This document shows, in pieces, positions 36,096 through 47,160 of a stretch of 64,000 bases of DNA. Both the position numbers and the translations under genes were made by a program. Each line of letters opens with the position of its first letter. Position 1 is the first letter of the stretch. The notes beneath the pieces are model-generated. The model did not search any database and was not told the origin of the DNA. It worked only from the letters and a program-made list of their open reading frames with translations. Source of the DNA: an uncultured Nitrososphaeraceae archaeon. GTDB taxonomy: Archaea > Thermoproteota > Nitrososphaeria > Nitrososphaerales > Nitrososphaeraceae. The stretch spans positions 32,001 to 96,000 of the forward strand of contig CAVSMN010000021.1 of the NCBI GenBank assembly GCA_963729045.1. Direction: 5' to 3'.

Positions 36096-37054
36096 TTTCT
36101 ATTTAGTATGCTAGTATAATTATATGTTTTATCCTCTCTTGTGAATCTATTCATATTAAAAAAGTATTTATTATTTTTTGAGATCCAATTACTGCAATAC
36201 TTGTTCGATAATTATTAATAACTTAATCTTGCCTTTGCAAATTTTACCCACATAAAGATTGTAAGATTTATAAAATATATTTTCTTGATTCCGTCATGTT
36301 ATATAAATAAATCATTTACCAGATAAAATATGTATTTTCCCACCCTTCATTCAGAGGTTGGTATCATTGATTATACCCTTAATCGATTTCAGATACTGGT
36401 AATCCGTCTATACAAACCAGCAATATCTATTTCATCCTGTCTTATGTACTACATAGTAGAAAAATTAAATGTCACACTTTAATAGCCACGCATAGATACC
36501 AAAGGTAACAAATAAATCCAATGTGCATTTTTTTAGATTTGGAACTCACAATTCTAATCCATCAATATGCTATCTATAGAACTTGTGGCTGAATTGAAAA
36601 TAACTATGTAGTTATTTTAATTATTAGTAACATCATGTACTCAATCACCTACTTTGAAAAATTATTTTGCAGAACCTTATGAGACAAAAGCCTCTAATAC
36701 CAAATTGGAAGATACATCTTTTTTTTGATTTGACCTCATCAACAAAAACTCTGTTTTCTATTTAATTTATGAGATAAATATTTCGATAATCTGAAAAATC
36801 TTCGAGTATAGTTCTTTTAGATTGATTATCGTTAACTTGTATCCTGCCTTAAATTAAATTCAAATAGAAAATATCGAAAATTAAGATAGATGCTTATTTC
36901 ATTGTGATCTCCGGTACTAACACCTTCCATATTGATTCAAAACAATCTTATTATTTATTAGAATAAATTACTCGTCATTTAGTATAGAGAAAAATTGCAG
37001 TATCAAGTGTCTAAACTGTGATATTGGTAATTTCACTTATAAATTATAATTACA

Positions 37055-37327
37055 ATGAGTAACATAACAAAAAACTATAAGGTTGGACTTTTTGCAATGT
37101 TTATCGCAGCTGCTTTAATAGGTTCAGTAGTAGCATTTGGAGATAACATGGCATATGCAGGCGGAAAACACAAAAAATCTAATGACGCAGAACAGGCAAT
37201 TGAACAAGACCAAGAGAACGAACAGAATGCACAATGTGTGTCTGGTGAATTTACAATAGCTGGATGCAACAACTTAGGCTTCATGTTCCAAAACAACGAA
37301 GGTAACTTAGCCTTAGGTCAAAGATAG
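37055..37327 (+). CDS. Small secreted protein with one copy of the 55-aa Q/N repeat
   Basis: Signal peptide ending AYA; NDAEQAIEQDQENEQNAQCVSG-x5-GCNN..FQNNEGNLALGQ. Confidence 0.8.
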   Translation: MSNITKNYKVGLFAMFIAAALIGSVVAFGDNMAYAGGKHKKSNDAEQAIEQDQENEQNAQCVSGEFTIAGCNNLGFMFQNNEGNLALGQR

Positions 37328-37332
37328 ACCTC

Positions 37333-37340
37333 TTTTTTTT
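37333..37340 (+). terminator. Oligo-T terminator
   Basis: T8 tract directly after the stop of 37055..37327. Confidence 0.55.
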
Positions 37341-37635
37341 GCTTTTATTAAGATAATATTTAAAAAGTAATTATTAAAATTGGTAAAACTTCGTGCAATC
37401 CAAGTTGATATTATCTTCCAATTTATCTTACTTATTTCCAAAGATTAAATTTGTTAGTAAATACTAAAATATTCTAATTAAGCAAGAGATCTAATGAAGC
37501 AGAATTTCAGAGATAGAATTTGATAGATTGTTTGTAAATATGTATAGACAATAATGGAATAAGCATAGGATACTAACGGTCTTGTGAAGATATACTATAT
37601 AGTTTCTTAATATACTATTAGTCAAAAGAAGATAT

Positions 37636-39153
37636 ATGAATCCTAATACTAAATTAAATAAAAATAACCATATTACAAATACCAATACCAATGATGATCA
37701 TGTCAAACCTCAATTAATGGAAACCTATATTGATGCCTTTGCTTCTTCAATCGAATTCTATTCTAGGGTAAACCGAGCGTTTATTGACGCCTTCTCTGTG
37801 CCATTAATTGATGCGAGAGAAGATCTAAAAGAAATAAAAAAGGAAGCCATAGCTGGAAAGGACTTGATGTTTAATAGCTATGATAAACAACAAGAAATCT
37901 ACGATAAATCTGAAAAAATAATACTTTCTAAAATACGTAATAAATTTGATACAAACTTTAGAGATAAAACATTTGTGGCATCTCTTTCAGAATTTATTAA
38001 AAGCTATTGCGACCTTGCAAAAATTACAGGTACTGGATTGATATATCAATATATCTCCAATGTAAACTCCTTTTGGAATACTGAATTTATCGAACCTTTG
38101 AGAGACGTAATATATAGAACCCCATCTCACAAAATCCACTCTGAAAACAAATATTCTCTGTTTCATTATGATTTGCCTCAAGAAAATAATGATAGACAAA
38201 AAAACGATGAAGATAAGATTGTTAAAAAGAGGATATCAGGTACAAAACTAACAACTGGTGGATATACTACACCTGTTTCTACACCACTACTGATTATCTA
38301 TGCCTTTATTAACAGAAATTACATACTTGACCTTCTTCCCGATTCGAGTATCGTTAGAAATTTTCAAAAACAAGGCTTTGATGTATTTACAACAGATTGG
38401 GGGACTCCAAGTGCATATGATAAGGAATTAACTGTGGGACATTATGTGAACCATTATCTTACCGACGCAATCGATCACATATTAGAGCATTCAAATTCTA
38501 AAAAGGTTTCATTATTGGGTTATTGTTGGGGAGGTGACCTGGCTCTTATGCTAACAGCACTCCATCCTGAAAAAATAAAGAATATAGTGACTTTTGCAAC
38601 ACCAGGTGATTTTAGCATTGATAATAATCTTTTAAGTGTGTGGACAAAAAGTATAAACGCAGATTCTATTGTAGATACTTTTGGTAATACGCCTAGTGGG
38701 TTTATTAACAGTTCATTTTTGCTAAGAAGTCCAATAGATTTTCTGCACAAATATCCTCACTTTTTCTTTGAGGGAAAACCTAAGGACATGGATTCTATAA
38801 TCCAATTCTTTGCAACAGAGACTTGGCTGTATGATAGTCCTCCTATAATAGGTGAGATATACAAACAATTCGTAAATGACTGTTATAAGAAAAATCTACT
38901 AATAAAAAATGAAATGATAATAGGGAAAAATGATAAGATTGATTTGAGTAAAATTAAACAGCCTTTCTTAAATGTAATAGCAAAGAGGGATGATTTGGTT
39001 GATCCTGCATCAAGTAGAGCGATAAATAATGCGATAGGAAGTTTAGACAAATCGACTATAGAATTCAATTCAGGTCATGTTGGTGCCTGCATAAGTTCTA
39101 GGGCACATGAACAGTTATGGCCCAAGGTAGGCGACTGGTTAAAGAGCAGATAA
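37636..39153 (+). CDS. phaC: Class III polyhydroxyalkanoate synthase PhaC with ~150-aa helical N-terminal extension
   Basis: PLLIIYAFINRNYILDL.P, DWG, lipase box GYCWGG (catalytic Cys), DDLV (Asp), GHVG (His). Confidence 0.92.
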   Translation: MNPNTKLNKNNHITNTNTNDDHVKPQLMETYIDAFASSIEFYSRVNRAFIDAFSVPLIDAREDLKEIKKEAIAGKDLMFNSYDKQQEIYDKSEKIILSKIRNKFDTNFRDKTFVASLSEFIKSYCDLAKITGTGLIYQYISNVNSFWNTEFIEPLRDVIYRTPSHKIHSENKYSLFHYDLPQENNDRQKNDEDKIVKKRISGTKLTTGGYTTPVSTPLLIIYAFINRNYILDLLPDSSIVRNFQKQGFDVFTTDWGTPSAYDKELTVGHYVNHYLTDAIDHILEHSNSKKVSLLGYCWGGDLALMLTALHPEKIKNIVTFATPGDFSIDNNLLSVWTKSINADSIVDTFGNTPSGFINSSFLLRSPIDFLHKYPHFFFEGKPKDMDSIIQFFATETWLYDSPPIIGEIYKQFVNDCYKKNLLIKNEMIIGKNDKIDLSKIKQPFLNVIAKRDDLVDPASSRAINNAIGSLDKSTIEFNSGHVGACISSRAHEQLWPKVGDWLKSR

Positions 39154-39519
39154 TGACAAATAAGGACATTCGCTTAGTTCTTGGACTAGGGCAATTTATC
39201 CTTCTTGATTGACTTGCCTTCCCGTAACGACTCACTAATCAGACGAGGGGAGATACTTTTCTCACATGATTTCCTTGACATATGCGGCTAGTCAAATGCT
39301 TAAGTGGATAAATCCTATTTGTGGTATTTGCTTTTCTATGTAAGATATATATCATGCAATTCGTTCAAAGATTGATACGACAATTTTGTTATAATGATGA
39401 ATTACGGTAAGACTTAACTATGTACAAAATGACTGTATTTGCTGGATTTCCAAATGACAAATAGAAAAATAAAAATTAGAAACAGAACTATTATTAAGTT
39501 TATTTAATACAATATTTTT

Positions 39520-39899
39520 TCAGGCTGTGGAGTTGGTCTCATTTATGGTTATTAACGACACATTGTCTGAATTTTCGTTAGTCACATAGATATTACCATT
39601 ACTTGGGTTGTCATTCTAAAGTTGCGGACTTTATCTGTTTACTGCAGTCAATATGTATGGATCACTTTGTTGGTACCGCTATCTATTACAGATATATCTC
39701 CTGAATTAAAATTGGATACATAGATATTACCATTACTTGGGTTGTACTCCATATTCTGTGGAGACTCTCCCACTTTGATAGTAATCATTGTCGATTGTGC
39801 CCATACTTTCCAGGTATTCAAAAAAGTAGGAGACAAAACAATTGCCATCAGCAAAACAATATAACATATATATCTAGAAATAGATTTTTTATCTTTCAA
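39520..39899 (-). pseudogene. Short YncE/YVTN propeller fragment (two blades), frameshifted
   Basis: Signal peptide; YNPSNGNIYVSN and NPSNGNIYVTN repeats. Confidence 0.65.
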
Positions 39900-40316
39900 T
39901 TCCTCTTGTTTTTCAGGTAATCACATAAACAGATTGATAAGTTTTTTATACACTTTCATAAAATTTCTGTTCTTCGTATTAACCTCGTTAGCTTAAGGAT
40001 GTTTTTACATGGATTTATACAATTCAAAACCAGTAAAGGCGGCGGATGAAACCGTGTATAATCAAGTGGTGCTAATTCCTGTTCTATCTTTAAACAAGAG
40101 CAATCCAAAAATGATTATCATAAACTCGCAATTTAGACTCCTCAGGGTAGTACAAATAAGTCTTATTTGAGTAGCAGCTTGCAATAAAGTTGGAGATTAA
40201 AATTGAGAATATTTTAGCATAATTTAGTAGTTATTACCTCCTATTCAATGCATGAAAACTTGTTGGACTGATAAGTCAAAAAGCAATTTTATATATTATC
40301 ATTCATTGTTATTGAT

Positions 40317-40860
40317 ATGCAACCTATAATATTATTTATTATAATACTATTTAGTGCAAGTATGTTATTACAAAATGACAAAGAGGCATTCAGTCAACCA
40401 TATCAAAATGAAAATGAAACTGCAAATCACGATTTCAAGACGTTAGTAACGAACTCCTTGAATTTTTCTGCATCCAGTATATCAAGCATACTCAGGAATC
40501 TTCCTAGGAACTAAAAATTTATCATCCGGTCCACCTATAATAAGCGAAGATTATGCTATCGAAAAAGCAGTTATGAAAAACGTGGGCAATGTAACCAATA
40601 ATATGACCTTCATAAATACTCATTTATCAGATGGTACAATTCAGAGCGCAGCCAAGGGAGTGATTACATCTGAAGACGGACAGAGCATTAGTTGGATCTC
40701 TTCAGATATTGGAATGATTAATGACCAAGGTGAATTGTTTCATGGAATTGTCCAATTTGATAGTACAAATAGTTCAAGTTTCTCATTTCTAAATAATGCC
40801 ACAGGTATGGACAAACAGACTCCAGAGATTAAAAGGACAATTTGGTTAATTGAGAAGTAG
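40317..40860 (+). CDS. Secreted beta-rich hypothetical protein, frameshift ~40500
   Basis: Signal peptide ending AFSQ. GNVT...GVITSEDG..ISW...GIVQFDST...SFLNNATG resembles the 1511/22313 family. Confidence 0.6.
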
Positions 40861-41441
40861 ATGGAATGGTGTGGAGGGTAAACAACCCAGTAAATGAGTT
40901 AGTTGACATGTCTCTAGACCGCGTTAATATCCTATGATCATATTTGTCTGACATGCTTTTATTTTATTCTTATGCTCTATGATTCTGTTAGTTTTCCTTA
41001 CAATCTTTTAATTCTTTTTTAATTCTTTGTTTCTGTTTCTAGAATTTGATTAATCTACAATATGTATAGATGGTAGTTGTCATAGTAACAAGGTCTTGAT
41101 TAGGAATATTTCATTATCATTGTTGATAATTGGCATAATCTCAATTACAATTGCTCTCATCTTAATAGTTTATAAATTAACAAAGAATGTAAGAACGGTT
41201 ATTATCAACTTTATAAATACTGAATTGGCTATTCCTCGACTGAAAAAATTATTCATATAGTGGAGATAAAATAGCGACCTTAAGGATCGATGTTATGTTA
41301 AAAGTAGTCTTGAAATTAGAACATATTTCGCACAGTGAAGTATTTCCGATATCCGAAAATGGTTTATGTGTATTCTTCTCCATTGAAATGATTATTCATT
41401 CGAAGGCTGTGGGATCCGTATATTATGGGTGGCAACATTAT

Positions 41442-41469
41442 GTCAAATTTGTTTTACATGCCACCAAAC
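41442..41469 (+). repeat. Dispersed motif copy (module D)
   Basis: GTCAAATTTGTTTTACATGCCACCAAAC, nearly identical to 28685-28712. Confidence 0.8.
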
Positions 41470-41804
41470 GCCCAATTGTATATCTCTGATAGGGGATTTT
41501 ATCTAAAAGATTTTAACATGTCCCAAAAATCTCAAACAAAAAAAAACAAGAGCTCATTTGTCAGAGAATAATAATGATTATGCCGTTAAACTATTCGCAT
41601 TGTCTATTTGCCGAGAGTTTATAATGATGTCACCTGACAGGTCAACAATTCAAACTACATTACAAGGTATGAAGTATCTGGGATAATGCCCTTCTCTGAT
41701 TAATTCATAATTCATAACAACGGTTTAAAAAGTTGAATAACAGGACAATAGAATTCCGATTTGTTTAAATATAGGTTTCAAGAAATTTCCAACGATTCAC
41801 ATTA

Positions 41805-43078
41805 ATGTCTGGAATTTTTCTCACAAGTGCGATAATTCTGGTATTCATATCTCTTATTCTAGGTAATATTATACCTGGTTATTCAATCGACAACACATAC
41901 CAAACATGGTGCACACATGTCGATGCAGAACCAACAGAATACTAACATAGAAGAGCATGGTGTGTTAGTCAATAATTCATCTAATTCATATGCAGAACAA
42001 ATTATGACATCATGCCAAGATGATGACGATCCATTGTCCTATGATGGCCCTAGACGAACTCAATAAAACAGTAAGCCGTCAATTGGTTTTAGGAACTTTT
42101 TCGGATCTTGTTCAGCTATATGATAAAAACAATTATTCTTGTCATCATGAGGGTCATCACTTGGAATGTGGTTGAATGATTATACAGGAAATTTAAAAGA
42201 GGCACTCAATTATGCTACAGTACTCTGTGGAGGTTCAGTTTACCATGGAATCTTTCAAAGCTATTTTGGGGGAGAACAATTTGTTCACAATGTAGATAAA
42301 AACCAGATCATGATTACACATCTTTGTCCTATAGGCCAGGAAAACGTCACTTGGCTACACGAACGGGACTGCATCCATGGAATAGGACATGGTTTAGTGA
42401 AATTATACAATTACAACACTACTGCTGCAGTTGATCGTTGTAATGAGTTTATACCACTATGGGCACAGAGTGCATGTTCAAGAGGTGTATTTATGGAAAA
42501 CACTGATTATTTCCTCGAAACAGGAAAAGGCGATTTTGACAAAAATGATCATTTATTCCCCTTGTAACAGAACCGTTGAAAAATTTGCACCTCAGTGCTA
42601 TTACTATTACCCGGAGTATAATTTGATAAAAAACAATCTTACCCTCGGATACAATCTCACAGATTATTTGCTCAATGCGATAATATATCTCCAGACAAAT
42701 TTGTCAAATATTGTTATCAAGGTATTGGCAGGATGTTAGCACCATTTGCCTACGCAAATCCAGAACCATCAATTGCGGCTTGTTATGTTGGAAATCAGCC
42801 AACCTATCATGATGATTGTTTGATAGGGACGCTGAAGACAATCCTGAAGACGGATGCAAAAACAGACGTTGGGGTCAAGTTCTGCAGTCTTTCAAAACAA
42901 GATTTTAAGGCGGCATGTTACGAAATAGTAGGAATGTGGATTAAGGCGTTCCTCTATCCTAACAAACAAGAATTAGTAAAGCGAATGTGCGAAGGCGCCT
43001 GATGTTGATTATGTTATCAATTGCATAAATGCAAATCCCAAGACTAGCAGAGATGTTCCTATGTTTGAACCAGTCTAA
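41805..43078 (+). CDS. Secreted Cys/His-rich helical-repeat protein (several frameshifts)
   Basis: Signal peptide from ATG 41805; recurring CHHEGHHLG, CGGSVYHG, CIHGIGHG, CSRGVFMEN, CYQGIG, CLIG, CYEIVG. Confidence 0.75.
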
Positions 43079-43289
43079 TTAGTGGCAAGTGGTGATGCAA
43101 GCGGCTGTTGTCCGGAATAACCACTAGACCATGAGAATTGATCTAAACCCACAACATTAGACAATTATTTTTTCTCATTTTATCTCTTCTTCTCATTAGA
43201 TGGTCAAACTGGAGATCATTTAATTTGAACCTCTATATTCCTCACAATATTTTAGATACATCGGAAATCTTTTTTGATAAATACCAAAA

Positions 43290-43530
43290 TTTAAGGCTTA
43301 TCGTTTTCATGTCGTCTATATGAGTGCGACTGGAATCATGACAACCGTGAATACAAGCAATGATGAAAGTGTGTCCTGTTTTGATAGAGGAGTTATTGAG
43401 GGAGAAGGCCACCCATTAGTCAAAGAACTTTAGATAATTGTGGCGATGACAATTACCAAGGATCTATTCAAAGGTCATATCAATAGAAAGAAACAGTAGA
43501 GATTCGTGTGAAAATGCTACAGATGGTTAA
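43290..43530 (+). pseudogene. Decayed small Cys-rich secreted protein
   Basis: SCFDRGVIEGEGHP..LDNCGDD.YQG...RDSCENATDG* read across indels; resembles a small protein type I recall from Nitrososphaeraceae. Confidence 0.4.
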
Positions 43531-43752
43531 ACGCCTTTGTAGATAATAATTATAATAGATTGAGATTAAGGCATTGTTAAATTGATATTCAATAAAGATC
43601 CATTATTTGTTAATGTGATATTTAGACCATATCGATGCTTGTAATTAAATGAAGTAGTATTGAGTTTGATGTTTTGAGTAATTTTTTACTGCACTTAAAT
43701 ATTTTAGATGATGTTTATTTTATGATTGCAAAATTGACTTGATACCTTTATC

Positions 43753-43834
43753 AGTGGCGGATATTCCTGTGATTGACCCAATCCCTTATTCCGCAAGGAA
43801 CTTAATCCCACCGAACTAGATACCCATGTTAGTA
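43753..43834 (+). repeat. Dispersed motif copy (modules A+B+C)
   Basis: ..CCCTTATTCCGCAAGGAACTTAATCCCACCGAACTAGATACCCATGTTAGTA. Confidence 0.85.
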
Positions 43835-43987
43835 ATGATAGTTATTAAATTAATAATAAAAAGTCATAAATCAATGACATATAAAAAAAGTCAAAAATTT
43901 ATGATAATCTCAATAATTAATCAGTTATCTATTCAGTCTTCTTTTGATATAGGGAAGTTGAATACACTAAATATTATTTTATCTGCT

Positions 43988-44836
43988 TTATCCCCTTATC
44001 GATCCCAAAGTAAATCCTTTTATCATTTGTCTTTGGAAAGCCACGATGAGAATAATCACAGGCAACAGCGCTATAGTGATCCCTGCAGCCAGGTATCCCC
44101 ATTCGATCCTGTACAAAGATATGAATTGGTATAGTGCCACCTGAAATAGAGTGGAATTCGGAGAATTTGCGAGTACGATCGGAAGAACAAATTCGTTCCA
44201 AGAAAAAATAAAAGAAAATATCGATGCTACTGCAAACCCGGGCATAGATAGTGGAATGGTGATTCTTCTCAATACTCCAATCTTTGAACATCCATCGATT
44301 AATGCAGATTCTTCTAATTCTTTCGGTATCGTTTCAAAATAATTTTTTAATAATATCACGTTCAATGGTATAATGAGTATTTGAAAGGTTAGAATCAGGG
44401 AAACTAGGGAATTAAGTAGACCTAGATTTGCAAGAATACTATATAGAGGTATTATGTTTATAACAACAGGTATCATAAATAAACCCAGTATAAGGGAAAA
44501 CAAGATCCTTTTAGCTTTAAACTCAAATCGAGCTAGAGCGTACCCAGCTAAAGCACAAATAGTAACATTTAGAATCATACTCCCAAAACTAACTATTAAA
44601 CTATTGTACAGGCTTTTTACAATAGTAGAATTTGTAAATACAAAAACATAATTTTCAAATGTAACATGTTCAGGAATTAGTTTCGGGGGAAAACTCATAG
44701 TTTCATCATTTGGTTTTAATGATGTAGTGAAAACCCAAATCAAAGGAAATAAGGTGAGCCCAATGAAGATAAATATCGCAATATAAATAAAGGATTTTTC
44801 AATTTTTTCAATCCTACTATTAGAAAGTATACTCAA
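43988..44836 (-). CDS. Carbohydrate ABC transporter permease (MalG-like)
   Basis: EAA loop ELEESALIDGCS, FSWNEF. Confidence 0.95.
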   Translation of the reverse strand: MSILSNSRIEKIEKSFIYIAIFIFIGLTLFPLIWVFTTSLKPNDETMSFPPKLIPEHVTFENYVFVFTNSTIVKSLYNSLIVSFGSMILNVTICALAGYALARFEFKAKRILFSLILGLFMIPVVINIIPLYSILANLGLLNSLVSLILTFQILIIPLNVILLKNYFETIPKELEESALIDGCSKIGVLRRITIPLSMPGFAVASIFSFIFSWNEFVLPIVLANSPNSTLFQVALYQFISLYRIEWGYLAAGITIALLPVIILIVAFQRQMIKGFTLGSIRG

Positions 44837-44843
44837 GTTTATG

Positions 44844-45713
44844 TTATCCCCTCCGTTTTAACGCGATGATATAGATAAAAGCAACTACTATGTTGATAGA
44901 TAGCAATATAATTCCTGATGCCGAACCCTTAGACAAAAGTCCAAATTCAAAGGCCTGTCTGTACATGTAAAGCGACGCAGGAGTACTAGCGAATAATGGA
45001 TTACCTCCAGTCATTATTAATGGTATTTCAAAAAAGTTTATCGACCAGATAGTTATCAAGATGATGTCAATTATTATAAATGATTTTATCATAGGAAGCG
45101 TTAGATAGAAATACGACTTGATTTTAGAGGCGCCATCCACCTTAGCAGATTCATAAATAGATGGATTTATAGATAATAATCCTGCAGTGAGAAATAAAAT
45201 AGTAAATGGTGTTCCATACCAAACATTTGCTATAACTATTGACCATACAACTATGTTAGGATCTGACAGCCATGCAATAGACGAAAATCCCAGATATTCT
45301 AGAATGTAGTTTATAATTCCAAAACTGTTATCAAAAATAAATTTAAATGAAAAAGCAGCAATCAATCCAGATGTAATCCAGGGGATCATAATTAAAGCGA
45401 TCAAAATTTGTTTTCCTTTAATATTTTGATTTAATAGGGATGAAATAAGTAGACCAATCAAAAACTGAAATGCTACAGATCCTCCTACAAATATTATCGA
45501 AATTTTAATTGAAGTATGAAAATTTGGATCATTTAAAACTTGTATAAAATTATCAAGCCCTACAAATTCCCATTCTTTTAAAATTGTTGTTATCGAGACT
45601 CCATGTGTGGAGATATAAATATTCCATACGAATGGAAACAATAGAAATACACACAAAATTGAAATGGCCGGTAAGAGATAAAGATAGGGCTCATATTTTG
45701 CTATAGAATGCAT
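44844..45713 (-). CDS. Carbohydrate ABC transporter permease (MalF/UgpA-like)
   Basis: FVGLDNF, YESAKVDGAS, MTGGNP. Confidence 0.95.
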   Translation of the reverse strand: MHSIAKYEPYLYLLPAISILCVFLLFPFVWNIYISTHGVSITTILKEWEFVGLDNFIQVLNDPNFHTSIKISIIFVGGSVAFQFLIGLLISSLLNQNIKGKQILIALIMIPWITSGLIAAFSFKFIFDNSFGIINYILEYLGFSSIAWLSDPNIVVWSIVIANVWYGTPFTILFLTAGLLSINPSIYESAKVDGASKIKSYFYLTLPMIKSFIIIDIILITIWSINFFEIPLIMTGGNPLFASTPASLYMYRQAFEFGLLSKGSASGIILLSINIVVAFIYIIALKRRG

Positions 45714-45747
45714 TTCTATGAAAAATAATGTATGGATGTAGACTTTG

Positions 45748-47075
45748 TTACCAGCCTAGAATTTCAGCAGTCTTTTTGGCGGCATCATCCAGAGCCTGTT
45801 TAGGTGCTTTTATGTTGTAAAAAACTTCATCGATAGCCTGTTTTATGTTCTCAGCAATTTGAGGATATTCTGGGATGTTTGGTCTACTATGACCCTCCGG
45901 AATCATAGATATCAGTTCAGAGTAATAAGGTATAGTACTATTTAGTTGGGATGAATAGTTACCCTCGCCAATTGGTTTTTGAGTTGGAAGATACCCTTCT
46001 TGTTGTAACATGGGGGTTAAAATCTCAGGATCCACCATTAGTGTCAACAACTCCCATACCAAATCCTTGTTAGGAGATGTTTGTGGAATACTTAATATCC
46101 ACCCACCCATCATTGTGGTGGTATTAACGTTTGATGATGGGGTTGGGAACAGCGGAAGCATTCCAATCTTTTCATCCAGTGAGTTCCATTCACTTTTAGG
46201 AAAAGTACCTAACAACCATGATCCTTCTAGCATAACTGCAAACTTTTTATCCGCAAATTCCTGTCCCCAAAAGTGATTAGGTTGAGGTGAAATACCTGCG
46301 TCTACTTGTTGCTTTAAGAATTCCAATGCCTTTACACCCTCCGAGCTGTTGAATGCCGGATACCAATATGATCCCTTAACAGGATGATTGTCTCTTTGTT
46401 CAAGGATTTGACCGCCTAGCATCCATAAATATGGATACCACATATCAGGAGAATGAGCGGCTCCCACAAGATGTCACTCCCTGGATCCCACGGTCTTTTA
46501 ATAAATCATTTAACTTCTTGGCGGATTCGATATATCCATTCCATGTAGTCAAATTCTCTGGATTAATCCCTGCTTCTTTGAGAAGATCTTTCCAATACCA
46601 CATCGCTCGAACATCAGTCCAAGACCAAATACCATAGGTTTTATTTTCATATTTTCCTCCTTCCCAATTGGTTGGATACCATTCATTTGCTCTTCCCCAC
46701 TCATTTACTTTATCGGTAATGTCCGATAAGAAAACCACCCTCTGCAAATTCTCCGAGCCATATTTGATCAACAGATATCAAATCTAAGGGAGTTTGTCCT
46801 GCCATAGAGGTTAAGATCTGTGTTCTGGTTGCGTCATATGGCAATACGCGATAGTCAATTTGAATGTCTAATTCTGGATGGTTTTGTCTTAATTTGTCCA
46901 ATGCCTTTTCAAATAAAATATCCCATCTTTCTTTAGGTTCTGCTACAATCGCAGTAAGTGTAACTTGCTTTTGCTGCTGCTGCTGCCCATACACCTCCCC
47001 GTAATTATTTTGTATAAAAAAAGTTACAAAGACTAATAAAACTAGTATAGAAAATGAATGCACATATAATTTCAT
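45748..47075 (-). CDS. Sugar ABC transporter substrate-binding protein (2 frameshifts)
   Basis: Signal peptide, DQIWLGEFAEGGFL, DVRAMWYWKDLL, TMMGGWIL; three overlapping ORFs. Confidence 0.9.
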
Positions 47076-47160
47076 TAGCCTTATAAGTACACCAACTTTT
47101 TTAAGTATTACTCAATCTATAAAATTTCATCTAATTAATCTCAAAGTTTTGAAGTTGCAT

